The position numbers and the translations under genes were made by a program. From a virus: a stretch of 64,000 bases of DNA. The DNA lies in IMG/VR virus record IMGVR_UViG_3300025520_000001, positions 1 through 64,000 of that record, one strand, 5' to 3'. The notes below the pieces were generated by a model that was not told where the DNA came from, ran no database searches, and was given only the letters and a program-made list of their open reading frames with translations. Below are positions 25,488-32,986 of this stretch, piece after piece (the stretch's first letter is position 1; each line of letters starts with the position of its first letter).

Positions 25488-25674
25488 CAGCGGCCTTTGT
25501 AATATCGTCGAACGCCTTCTCGCCTTCCTTGACGCCCTTCTCCATCGCCTCAGTGACGCCGTCCGGGTCTAGCTGGACCGCCTTGGCCGTAGCACGCACT
25601 GCGGTCTTGGCAACAGCCGCTGTAAGCTTCACAGGAGCCAGTGCGGTCTCTACGAAGAAATCAAAGAGCCCCAT
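25480..25674 (-). CDS. small hypothetical protein
   Basis: ATG at 25674 (MGLFDFFVETAL...) within ORF 25480..25743; lies 2 nt after the upstream stop. Confidence 0.5.
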   Translation of the reverse strand: MGLFDFFVETALAPVKLTAAVAKTAVRATAKAVQLDPDGVTEAMEKGVKEGEKAFDDITKAADE

Positions 25675-25675
25675 G

Positions 25676-25870
25676 TTACTTGCCTCCCCTCTGGGCTTCC
25701 TTGCGGAGCTTGTCGGCGATCTTTGCGCGCTCGCGCTCAGCAACCAGGCCGACCTTGTTCAGCCAAGCGAGCTGTTCCTTGGTGGTGCGCTTGTTGGCCA
25801 ACTGAACGGCCTCAGCGCGGGCACGACGCTCACTGCGAATCTGCTGGGTACGAGGATACGAACCAATCAT
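25676..25870 (-). CDS. basic hypothetical protein
   Basis: ORF track 64 aa. Confidence 0.55.
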   Translation of the reverse strand: MIGSYPRTQQIRSERRARAEAVQLANKRTTKEQLAWLNKVGLVAERERAKIADKLRKEAQRGGK

Positions 25871-25873
25871 TGT

Positions 25874-26185
25874 TTACTTCTCCTTGAGAATTTTATCGAT
25901 TAACTGCGTGTTTAAATCGGGGTGAGTGCCAGAATCTACAACCTGCTTCATGACTTCCTGATAAGTCTCATACGCCTCATCGCGTGAAGCGCACTGAACA
26001 TTGCACGTGAACAAATCGAAGGCGTTAACCGAGTTGTTGTTTTCCAGGTGGCCAGTAATAACCACTTGCCAATTATCTCGGGAAACCGGTTTGTTTTCAA
26101 CGTAGTCAACGTTCTGAACTGATTGAACGTATATTGCGGTGCAATGCTTCAAATTGAGAAAGACATCTTTTGTAAAGATAATCAT
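25874..26185 (-). CDS. hypothetical protein
   Basis: ORF track 103 aa. Confidence 0.65.
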   Translation of the reverse strand: MIIFTKDVFLNLKHCTAIYVQSVQNVDYVENKPVSRDNWQVVITGHLENNNSVNAFDLFTCNVQCASRDEAYETYQEVMKQVVDSGTHPDLNTQLIDKILKEK

Positions 26186-26502
26186 GGACGGTTATGGAGC
26201 CTCATGTAAGGATATACGGCCTGCGTGTATGTGTGCTGGTTTACCAACTCCAGGCGCCGCACGACATAAATAAAATGTGTCATGTGCTGACGCCGCTCCA
26301 TACGACGACGATTCCGGATGAGCCCGATGTCGTCGTATATCTTAGAGATGGCGGCCACTGGCAACAGGATTGGCCAGAGAAACGTTATCGCTAGCGTCTC
26401 ATACCAATGCAGTCGTTCGTGCTCGGGCTGTTGGTCAGTTAAACACGCTGTCATTGCAATTGCCGACATTACAATGTAAACGACTGCTAGGTAAATATAC
26501 AT
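26182..26502 (-). CDS. membrane protein
   Basis: ORF track 106 aa, two hydrophobic helices. Confidence 0.6.
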   Translation of the reverse strand: MYIYLAVVYIVMSAIAMTACLTDQQPEHERLHWYETLAITFLWPILLPVAAISKIYDDIGLIRNRRRMERRQHMTHFIYVVRRLELVNQHTYTQAVYPYMRLHNRP

Positions 26503-26532
26503 GTCCGTTGTTCTAGAATCGTTTCGGATTGG

Positions 26533-26964
26533 TTACATTGTTACTAACGCAACCGCGTGTAACAATTTATTGAGGAAGCTAGCAATGGGATCAAACGCCA
26601 TTGCTAAGAGTAGCCAGTAAGGTGCGTACTTCAGGTTAATGAAGCCCATAGGAGTCCAATGGCTTACACCGTAATCCCAAGGAACTCTACCAATAATCAT
26701 CTTCAAAACCCAGGCACTCAGTGCTTCAGCGCCATAGATAATAGGGACATAGATGAAGGCCTTGAGATAGAAAGGCCACGTGATTGCGTCAGAGATTGTC
26801 TCTAGGATAAGAGCCGTGAACCCGTATACCAAACACATCCATAAATAGGTCTTAGCGGTCGCGTCCCAATGCTTTCTGATTAAGGAACCAATGCCAGTAA
26901 AGAAGACCTCAATGAGTAAACCTAAACACCCATAGATGATAGCCTTCTGCAATAAGATCAGCAT
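26533..26964 (-). CDS. polytopic membrane protein
   Basis: 143 aa, about 4 TM helices. ATG begins 2 nt after the tRNA-Met discriminator. Confidence 0.7.
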   Translation of the reverse strand: MLILLQKAIIYGCLGLLIEVFFTGIGSLIRKHWDATAKTYLWMCLVYGFTALILETISDAITWPFYLKAFIYVPIIYGAEALSAWVLKMIIGRVPWDYGVSHWTPMGFINLKYAPYWLLLAMAFDPIASFLNKLLHAVALVTM

Positions 26965-26965
26965 G

Positions 26966-27038
26966 TAGCGGACGTCGGAGTCGAACCGACTGTTCTCAGG
27001 TTATGAGCCTGCTGTGTAAACCGTTTCACTCGCCCGCT
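26966..27038 (-). tRNA. tRNA-Met: tRNA-Met/Ile2-type (anticodon CAU)
   Basis: Minus-sense AGCGGGC..GTG-AAACGGTTTA-CAC..GCAGG-CTCATAA-CCTGA..GTCGGTTCGACTCCGAC-GTCCGCT. 3-bp D-stem; one mismatch in the anticodon stem. Confidence 0.8.
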
Positions 27039-27055
27039 GCAACTATTCTACTAAG

Positions 27056-27334
27056 TTATCCGTCAATGCCCGGAATTCCGTCTAGGAGGGGAATGGCTCT
27101 GATGCCATAGTCAGTACAGTCCCCATCCATATACATGTCGGGGTCATAGAGATTCTTACGCTTAGGAGCAGCATAGCGACCGCCCTTCTCTTTAGCAATA
27201 GCCACAGAATCTTCCTTAGCAAGCCGTGCGTGGTCTAGAGCTCTATCTTTATCTTGATAGGCGCAAACCGCCCACTCTGCATAATCTTCATATTCGCCTG
27301 AAGACCCAAACACAACCCAAACATTGACGCTCAT
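27056..27334 (-). CDS. hypothetical protein
   Basis: ORF track 92 aa. Confidence 0.65.
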   Translation of the reverse strand: MSVNVWVVFGSSGEYEDYAEWAVCAYQDKDRALDHARLAKEDSVAIAKEKGGRYAAPKRKNLYDPDMYMDGDCTDYGIRAIPLLDGIPGIDG

Positions 27335-27483
27335 TACCCGTCCTCGTCTAGATCGTCGCTGCCCTCGTCCTCTTCATCCTCGGGCAGCCAGTCTTCTAAG
27401 TCAGACCTATCCTGAAGGCAATCAAAGCAGATACCCCCATCGTTGCAATGTCTGTAATCTCCACACTCTTCACACTTCTGCAT
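27334..27483 (-). CDS. small acidic Cys-rich protein (49 aa)
   Basis: Hand-translated MQKCEECGDYRHCNDGGICFDCLQDRSDLEDWLPEDEEDEGSDDLDEDG. ATGA and TAATG overlaps. Confidence 0.45.
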   Translation of the reverse strand: MQKCEECGDYRHCNDGGICFDCLQDRSDLEDWLPEDEEDEGSDDLDEDG

Positions 27484-27935
27484 CATGACTCGTTATTGTC
27501 CTCTAATACCGTAGACAGGGCCTTGTTTGCTTCGTATTGATCAGCAATCACCTGTATTCCTTCCATATCTACTTTTATACCATCATGCGGTCGGCTTGGA
27601 GCATGCGGCAACCACATACCATCAATCTGATTTTTTTCGTTATAGAAAAAAGAAATAGCTAGAGACACTCTCAGAGATGAGAGTTGCTCTACTGTTTCAG
27701 CCATCAGATTTTTGAGTTGCTCTTGCGTTCGCATCAAACCTAGCCGCGCACTTTCTATCTTGCGTTCGAGCTCGAACTCGGTCCATTTCTTATGTCTACC
27801 GCTGGCTAAGAGCTTTCGGTAATAGGATGCCTTCCATGCTGCACGATCGTTTACTTGATGTGCAGCTCTCCCTCGTAAAATCAGGACACAAAGCTTACCT
27901 AGCCTTTCCTGCCTATCGCTTTCATCATTGGTCAT
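27483..27935 (-). CDS. hypothetical protein
   Basis: ORF track 150 aa. Confidence 0.65.
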   Translation of the reverse strand: MTNDESDRQERLGKLCVLILRGRAAHQVNDRAAWKASYYRKLLASGRHKKWTEFELERKIESARLGLMRTQEQLKNLMAETVEQLSSLRVSLAISFFYNEKNQIDGMWLPHAPSRPHDGIKVDMEGIQVIADQYEANKALSTVLEDNNES

Positions 27936-28415
27936 TTAGACGTACCAGGCTGGCTGGCCCCTTCCCTTGGCCCAACGGGCAATCTTTCGCTTCTCTCCGC
28001 AGTAATAGGCGCGATAGGCGACCACCGGGTCAGCATTCTTGTACTGATCAGGCATGCACTGGGCAAACGGCGTCATTGGTCCGCTGGTAATCGGAGGAGG
28101 ATTAGCACTGAGCCAGTCAATAACTTCCTGGCATTTATGCACTTTTTTATATCGTTCGGTGTATTCAGTGCTCAAAGCTTGAGCGTGCTTTAAGAGCCAC
28201 TGCCAGTTTGCTGTAGATTCTCGAGTCCACTTAGCGCTTGGGTGATTATAGTGGGTACGCTTATATGGTGCTAGTCCGGGGTCGTACGGCGAGCACAACA
28301 GCTGTACACTTTCTAGTGTCATCTTAACTACATGCTTGTCGGATTGATACTGCGCCGCTAGCACAGGGTCAAGGTCTAGTACGAATATGTTCACAGACCT
28401 TTTGCCCCGCGCCAC
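27936..28415 (-). CDS. conserved hypothetical protein (possibly pyrimidine-dimer-glycosylase-like family, unverified)
   Basis: 159 aa. LDLDPVLAAQYQSDKHVVKMTLESVQLL...THYNHPSAKW...EYTERYKKVH recalls a widespread phage/giant-virus family. Confidence 0.55.
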   Translation of the reverse strand: MARGKRSVNIFVLDLDPVLAAQYQSDKHVVKMTLESVQLLCSPYDPGLAPYKRTHYNHPSAKWTRESTANWQWLLKHAQALSTEYTERYKKVHKCQEVIDWLSANPPPITSGPMTPFAQCMPDQYKNADPVVAYRAYYCGEKRKIARWAKGRGQPAWYV

Positions 28416-28534
28416 AAATTCTTGCTAGCGCGCTTGTATGCATCATAACTGATAAGCTTTAATGTCGTTATCACGACCAAGAACGGGTACACGCACAGCG
28501 GGTTAGTTGTAGACCTGGTTTTATCATGCGCCAT
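28391..28534 (-). CDS. LxLIS mini-protein family member
   Basis: ATG at 28534 in ORF 28391..28597. MAHDKTRSTTNPLCVYPFLVVITTLKLISYDAYKRASKNLW... Confidence 0.4.
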   Translation of the reverse strand: MAHDKTRSTTNPLCVYPFLVVITTLKLISYDAYKRASKNLWRGAKGL

Positions 28535-28838
28535 TGTTACTTTTTTGCTGACGATTCTTAAACAGCTCCCATGGCCCAATTTCATTAGGTTCGTCACTTA
28601 GACCGATGGCGTTTTTATCTGTATACGGAAGCGCGGAATTGTGCCAATAGGCTTCATCCTCTTCGCGATACACCTTGATTTCATACCATTCGCCATCTGC
28701 GGCAAACGCGGTGCAGTTGAGTTCCGTATCGTCAATGGCTGCTTGGATGGCGTTTCGTAGGTTCTCAAGTGCTTCCTTGTTGCCCACAATAAAGGCATGA
28801 TCGTGATTATAGACTTGTGCGTAGATATGAAGTTTCAT
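28524..28838 (-). CDS. hypothetical protein
   Basis: ORF track 104 aa. Confidence 0.65.
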   Translation of the reverse strand: MKLHIYAQVYNHDHAFIVGNKEALENLRNAIQAAIDDTELNCTAFAADGEWYEIKVYREEDEAYWHNSALPYTDKNAIGLSDEPNEIGPWELFKNRQQKSNNGA

Positions 28839-28850
28839 AGTTATTTTTCT

Positions 28851-28988
28851 TCATGAAGCGAGCCAGATAATCCTATGTGTGCCGGCGTAGGCAGAATGCG
28901 TGATGAGATTTAGGTTGTACAAGTGAAAGGCAAACATCATTGTTAATATTTTACCATCGCTTGTTGCTTTACCTTCAAAGTAAGTCAT
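28851..28988 (-). CDS. LxLIS mini-protein family member (45 aa)
   Basis: Hand-translated MTYFEGKATSDGKILTMMFAFHLYNLNLITHSAYAGTHRIIWLAS. ATGA overlap with the HNH stop. Confidence 0.4.
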   Translation of the reverse strand: MTYFEGKATSDGKILTMMFAFHLYNLNLITHSAYAGTHRIIWLAS

Positions 28989-29365
28989 AAGTACTTGAGT
29001 TGATTGCCCTTCTCAAAGTTATGCTTGTAACACATGGGCTGACGGTTCTCGATGCGATCACTACCGCCACGTGACTTAGGAAGCTTGTGATCGGATGTAA
29101 GCATAACCTCTTCGCCGTTCAGTTTGCAGTAAAGATTCAAGTGGTACTTGTCAAACGGACCACAAGTTCTTTCGATGGCAAAGTACTGCCCATGGACGGC
29201 ACAGTCAGGCACGCAACACTTCAGGCCATACACATGATAAGTGCGAAGACGATTGCCAACAGTGGAGCACTCAATGCCTTCGTACTCGAAAGGCTTGCCC
29301 TCTGCGATGGCCTTCATTACCTTGTCAACAGGAACAGTGCCAAGTCGCTCGTACATTTTTACCAC
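28985..29365 (-). CDS. HNH endonuclease
   Basis: 126 aa. TSDHKLPKSRGGSDRIENRQPMCYKHNFEKGN. Confidence 0.85.
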   Translation of the reverse strand: MVKMYERLGTVPVDKVMKAIAEGKPFEYEGIECSTVGNRLRTYHVYGLKCCVPDCAVHGQYFAIERTCGPFDKYHLNLYCKLNGEEVMLTSDHKLPKSRGGSDRIENRQPMCYKHNFEKGNQLKYL

Positions 29366-29760
29366 GACACCCTCAACTTCTCGTGATAATCCTTACCCAG
29401 AAAGTCATAGAAGTACTGGAGGATTTCCTTCTTCCAGAGTTCAGTGGAGTCACTGTTCATGTAATAGTCCCACTCAGGAAGGTGCAAGAAGCCACCGTTA
29501 CTGATCTGGTCATTGCAGTCGCAAATCCAGTGCCAAAAGTCCTGGTATGGAATACTGGGATCGAAGGGTTGCTTATGCCTGCCCGCGTAGTCCCGGAAGT
29601 CCTTGCCATGCAGCTTTTCGAGGTAGTCTGCGACTTCATTGTAGTCCCAGTACTCGATGACGTGCTTCATCGGCGGAGTCGGCGTGCTTGCAACGGTGGT
29701 ATTCACCTTCTTGCTCACTTTCTTGTTTGTCTTCTTAGAAATTACTCTCTTCTTCGCCAC
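29359..29760 (-). CDS. hypothetical protein
   Basis: ORF track 133 aa, basic N-terminus. Confidence 0.7.
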   Translation of the reverse strand: MAKKRVISKKTNKKVSKKVNTTVASTPTPPMKHVIEYWDYNEVADYLEKLHGKDFRDYAGRHKQPFDPSIPYQDFWHWICDCNDQISNGGFLHLPEWDYYMNSDSTELWKKEILQYFYDFLGKDYHEKLRVSW

Positions 29761-30011
29761 GGTCCCCTCGTATTGCTATCTGAATTCCTGCGTAACGCAT
29801 CTAAGTTGAAATTGTTCTGCATCTTAATGTAGTCGGCATCACCTTGGATTGGCCGCGACATCAGTGAACCTACAATCCAGAAATAGAACAACCAGCCTGT
29901 TGCCGAGAAGAAGATGATTAAGATCTTCGACACGTCGCAAGCATACATTATCGCCGCAACAACCGCATCGAGGATTGTACTGTAGACAAGTATTCGAACC
30001 ATAGAGTGCAC
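29742..30011 (-). CDS. small membrane protein
   Basis: ORF track 89 aa (GTG start; ATG at 30002). Two TM helices. Confidence 0.5.
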   Translation of the reverse strand: MHSMVRILVYSTILDAVVAAIMYACDVSKILIIFFSATGWLFYFWIVGSLMSRPIQGDADYIKMQNNFNLDALRRNSDSNTRGPWRRRE

Positions 30012-30026
30012 ACCCTTTCATACACT

Positions 30027-30038
30027 CTTATATTCGGA
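30027..30038 (-). promoter_or_regulatory. promoter-like box TCCGAATATAAG
   Basis: Minus-sense CCTTATCCGAATATAAGAGTG lies about 15-25 nt upstream of the 30011/30002 start. Confidence 0.45.
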
Positions 30039-30045
30039 TAAGGAA

Positions 30046-30288
30046 TTATCTGAAATCTTTGGGTTGCCAGGTTTGGAGTTCTTTAGTCTCAACCATCACA
30101 ACCACATACGGATCCACGGGCTCGTAGGTACCCAAGAGAAACGCATTATTCTCGAGCAAATTCTTCACGTTGCGCCGCTCAGTCCAAACGTCGCCCGTCA
30201 TCGACCATCCTCCGCCACTGTAGCTCTTCTTACGGAAGTATTCCCCAGTTAAAGTATTCTTAATCATGTAGCCGATCATAGCAACCAT
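30046..30288 (-). CDS. hypothetical protein
   Basis: ORF track 80 aa. Confidence 0.6.
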   Translation of the reverse strand: MVAMIGYMIKNTLTGEYFRKKSYSGGGWSMTGDVWTERRNVKNLLENNAFLLGTYEPVDPYVVVMVETKELQTWQPKDFR

Positions 30289-30448
30289 CCTTTAGAATTG
30301 GTTCGTTAATGACTTTACCGGGCAGAGTTTCTAACTCGCGTAAAAGAATAAGCGCTTCGCGGGGCGTGAGGCCTTCGCCTCGACGAACGCGCTTTTTAAT
30401 TTCTTCAAGACGTCTGGCCTTTGCTTGTGTTTTAGCTTGTTTGCTCAT
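30260..30448 (-). CDS. basic hypothetical protein
   Basis: ORF track 62 aa. ATG begins 2 nt after the tRNA-Leu(CAA) discriminator. Confidence 0.55.
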   Translation of the reverse strand: MSKQAKTQAKARRLEEIKKRVRRGEGLTPREALILLRELETLPGKVINEPILKDGCYDRLHD

Positions 30449-30449
30449 G

Positions 30450-30532
30450 TACCCATGGCCAGAGTCGAACTGGCACGTCCGTGAGAACAGCGGTTTTTGA
30501 GACCGCCGCGTTTACCATTCCGCCACATGGGC
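30450..30532 (-). tRNA. tRNA-Leu: tRNA-Leu (anticodon CAA), type II
   Basis: GCCCATG..GCGGAATGGTAAACGC..GCGGT-CTCAAAA-ACCGC, long variable arm, GCCAGTTCGACTCTGGC-CATGGGT. Confidence 0.9.
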
Positions 30533-30684
30533 AACTCCCCACTACATTTATCCGGGTTAGTGGGCAACCCGTGGAACACCGGAGCAGCTTGCCGTTATAG
30601 GACGTCACCCTGATTACTCAGGAACCTCCTAAGTACCGCTTGCACGAGGTTGCGCTCTCCATGGCGCAGGCCGGTGTGATTCTG

Positions 30685-30837
30685 TCAATCTGTATTTACG
30701 GTGGCTGTTTTACATCTACTGCATCTAGGCCACGCACCTTCAAACTTGTAATAATAAGGTGCTTGTTCTTTGTGGCCAATCTTCTGGCACAAATGAAACA
30801 TCAAGTCTCTGTAAAGCCATTTGATTTGGTTAATCAT
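30685..30837 (-). CDS. small hypothetical protein (50 aa)
   Basis: Hand-translated MINQIKWLYRDLMFHLCQKIGHKEQAPYYYKFEGAWPRCSRCKTATVNTD. ATGA overlap with the upstream stop. Confidence 0.4.
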   Translation of the reverse strand: MINQIKWLYRDLMFHLCQKIGHKEQAPYYYKFEGAWPRCSRCKTATVNTD

Positions 30838-31067
30838 AGTTTAGAGATTACATCTTTAATGCTCCAAGCCTTGCCGCGGATACATCTTCGTTCAGCATAG
30901 AGTACATTCGTATTGGGGTCACGAGTGACATTGCCAAACGCACTGATGTACTCTGTCCCGTCTCTTCGCCTGTAAATACAGCGGTTCTTCTCCAATCGAG
31001 TCTCGGAGTATACGCCGTTGATATACCAGCGGACCTCAACATCTTCGCGACGATTTGCTTTTGCCAT
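30834..31067 (-). CDS. hypothetical protein
   Basis: ORF track 77 aa. Confidence 0.6.
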   Translation of the reverse strand: MAKANRREDVEVRWYINGVYSETRLEKNRCIYRRRDGTEYISAFGNVTRDPNTNVLYAERRCIRGKAWSIKDVISKL

Positions 31068-31075
31068 GAGTTGCC

Positions 31076-31324
31076 TTACGGCCAGTACTTTGGAGGCCGT
31101 CTGTTCCTTCGCTCTCGACTTTCTCTTTTTCTCTTGACATTGATGCCATTGAAGGCGCTTTTGTACCGATCATCCTGCATCTCATATGCACTCGGGCATT
31201 GATCGCAAGTAGAACCATCTGGCAGAGTTCCGTACCCCGCGTTGCAGCAGTTGTTGCCACATTTGCCACAAACGACCATTATTACTTCGCAGTGGCTGCA
31301 TATTTCCCAATGATGATTGCTCAT
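31076..31324 (-). CDS. Cys-rich zinc-binding protein
   Basis: 82 aa. CSHCEVIMVVCGKCGNNCCN...CDQC. ATG begins 2 nt after the upstream tRNA. Confidence 0.6.
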   Translation of the reverse strand: MSNHHWEICSHCEVIMVVCGKCGNNCCNAGYGTLPDGSTCDQCPSAYEMQDDRYKSAFNGINVKRKRESRERRNRRPPKYWP

Positions 31325-31325
31325 G

Positions 31326-31411
31326 AGCCCGGAGTGAGATTCGAACTCACGATGTCCAGTAAAGGAGGCAGATTACAAATCTGCTGCTCTCGGCCACTAA
31401 GCGACCCGGGC
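31326..31411 (-). tRNA. type II tRNA with atypical anticodon loop UUUGUAA (UGU in the canonical register)
   Basis: GCCCGGG..GCTTAGTGGCCGAGAGC-A-GCAGA-TTTGTAA-TCTGC, 17-nt variable arm, GTGAGTTCGAATCTCAC-TCCGGGC-T. Anticodon stem identical to tRNA-Tyr at 43373. Confidence 0.65.
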
Positions 31412-31413
31412 AT

Positions 31414-31527
31414 TTACTTAATCAATAAGTTATAAAGTACACCGAGTTCGGCGTAGCTTCTTTTTCGAAGAAGCCCAATCTTCCAAAGTAGGCATAAGAA
31501 ATTCCACTTTTCAATTATGCTGCTCAT
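31414..31527 (-). CDS. LxL mini-protein family candidate (37 aa)
   Basis: Hand-translated MSSIIEKWNFLCLLWKIGLLRKRSYAELGVLYNLLIK. Stop lies 2 nt from the tRNA 5' end. Contains CTACGCCGAAC. Confidence 0.3.
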   Translation of the reverse strand: MSSIIEKWNFLCLLWKIGLLRKRSYAELGVLYNLLIK

Positions 31528-31547
31528 GGCTCTTTGTGCCATGCCTT

Positions 31548-31745
31548 TTAACTGACGTCCCAATCAACCACATATTCCAACATGATCATCTTGTTGGTGG
31601 TAGAGATCGGTTGATTAGAAATACGGCTAAATGACCCAACTTCCAGTACTTCTTCATTGCCGTTGGCCCATCGCATCTTCATCTTCTGTCCAATGCTCAC
31701 AGTCTTATTCCACTGTACATATATTAGTTTCTTTGCTGTGCTCAT
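31548..31745 (-). CDS. hypothetical protein
   Basis: ORF track 65 aa. Confidence 0.55.
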   Translation of the reverse strand: MSTAKKLIYVQWNKTVSIGQKMKMRWANGNEEVLEVGSFSRISNQPISTTNKMIMLEYVVDWDVS

Positions 31746-31897
31746 TAGCCCACTATATGCTTGTCATTCTTGTGTTCAGAAATCATTTGCCACATGAGCC
31801 GCAAGAAAGTACTTTCTATGTAGAGATACCCACTCCAATAAGCACACCAACAAGCCTCAGGACTAATCTCGGCTGGCCTGGATTTCCAAATTTTCAT
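31745..31897 (-). CDS. small hypothetical protein (50 aa)
   Basis: ATG at 31897 (MKIWKSRPAEI...) in ORF 31745..31975. Begins 2 nt after the tRNA-Ala discriminator. Confidence 0.3.
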   Translation of the reverse strand: MKIWKSRPAEISPEACWCAYWSGYLYIESTFLRLMWQMISEHKNDKHIVG

Positions 31898-31898
31898 A

Positions 31899-31971
31899 TG
31901 GAGCTTAAGGGGTTCGAACCCTTGACCTTCGGCTTGCAAAGCCGCTGCTCTCCCAACTGAGCTAAAGCCCC
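31899..31971 (-). tRNA. tRNA-Ala: tRNA-Ala (anticodon UGC)
   Basis: GGGGCTT-TA-GCTCAGTTGGGAGAGC-A-GCGGC-TTTGCAA-GCCGA-AGGTC-AAGGGTTCGAACCCCTT-AAGCTCC-A, with G3:U70. Confidence 0.92.
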
Positions 31972-32008
31972 TCACTGGTAATTATCTTACCAGTTTACTA
32001 CTTACAAC

Positions 32009-32353
32009 TTAGTCACCCTGCTCGCGTGAGCGACGGATGGCAGCCTGAAGAACCGCCTTGACAGCCTTGAACTTGATGTTCTTGCTCTTCGCGAAGGACT
32101 CGAAGCTCGTGTGACCGAGGCTGTTGCAGATCGCGAGCTTGGCCTTCGTCGTCGTGACACCGGCCTCCTTCGCAACCTTCTCGAGCATGCCAGCAAGGTT
32201 CGTACGGCCCTTGGCAGCAGCCGTGGTTCGCACGTTGAACTGCGGGCTCAACGGATCACTGTTCTTCCACGTCTTGCGATTAGGCGACGTGGTGTAGCTC
32301 TTGCCGTCATGGAACTTGTTCAACACCTTGCTGAGGAATGTACTTGTCTTCAT
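32009..32353 (-). CDS. basic hypothetical protein
   Basis: ATG at 32353 with GGAGAAAG upstream (ORF 32009..32362). Confidence 0.65.
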   Translation of the reverse strand: MKTSTFLSKVLNKFHDGKSYTTSPNRKTWKNSDPLSPQFNVRTTAAAKGRTNLAGMLEKVAKEAGVTTTKAKLAICNSLGHTSFESFAKSKNIKFKAVKAVLQAAIRRSREQGD

Positions 32354-32399
32354 GTTTATCACTTTCTCCGTTTCTTTTACTTCTGGGTTAGTGCTGCTG

Positions 32400-32819
32400 T
32401 TACGCCTTTACCGGCTCCACAACTATCTCTATGTGGACTTTTTCGCCGTTCTTAATTGCTTCCTTAATCTTCGCAAAGAGAGCTTCATAAGCAAGCTTGC
32501 TCTCTAGCACCTTATCTGTCTGGCGAACTCGGCCCGGAAGCAAGCAGCCTTCCGTGTCTGCTGCTGTGTTGCCGGGGTGGATGCGAATGCCCGTGTACTG
32601 CGGCACATTGCACACTAGCGGCATTTCTACCTTGAAGCGGTTTGACATGTTCACGATGACCTGATAACGACCAGTCGGGATCGCAGTCTTAGCCGGCGTC
32701 TTTACCCAAGGCGTCGGATAGTGATCCTCAATCATGAAGCATTCAAACTTACCGTCTACTGTCAACTCGCCGATTGTTGAGTTCGGCGTTAACCACTTTC
32801 TCGTCAGCTTCAATTCCAT
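32400..32819 (-). CDS. DUF5675-like / YkuD-fold cell-wall enzyme (candidate)
   Basis: 139 aa. STIGELTVDGKFECFMIED, TAIPTGRYQV, GIRIHPGNTAADTEGCLLPG (His...Cys as in L,D-transpeptidase-fold proteins). Confidence 0.55.
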   Translation of the reverse strand: MELKLTRKWLTPNSTIGELTVDGKFECFMIEDHYPTPWVKTPAKTAIPTGRYQVIVNMSNRFKVEMPLVCNVPQYTGIRIHPGNTAADTEGCLLPGRVRQTDKVLESKLAYEALFAKIKEAIKNGEKVHIEIVVEPVKA

Positions 32820-32866
32820 AACTAGCTCCTGTTAAAGAGCTAATTATACCTTAAACTTAAAACAGG

Positions 32867-32983
32867 TCAGCAGGCTCCGACTCCTGCACTTCCACGTTTT
32901 TCGGGTGCATGCAAGTCCCGCGTCCTTTAGCCCCGGAAGCTTATGGACAATGGCGTTCTTACCAGGTTGAACTATGACCCCAC
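32867..32983 (-). ncRNA. intergenic element with a tRNA 5'-half-like start (uncertain)
   Basis: Minus-sense GGGGTCA-TA-GTTC-AACCTGGTAA-GAAC (canonical acceptor and D-arm), then about 70 nt without an anticodon arm, ending GCAGG-AGTCGGAG-CCTGC-TGACC. Confidence 0.2.
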
Positions 32984-32986
32984 AAC

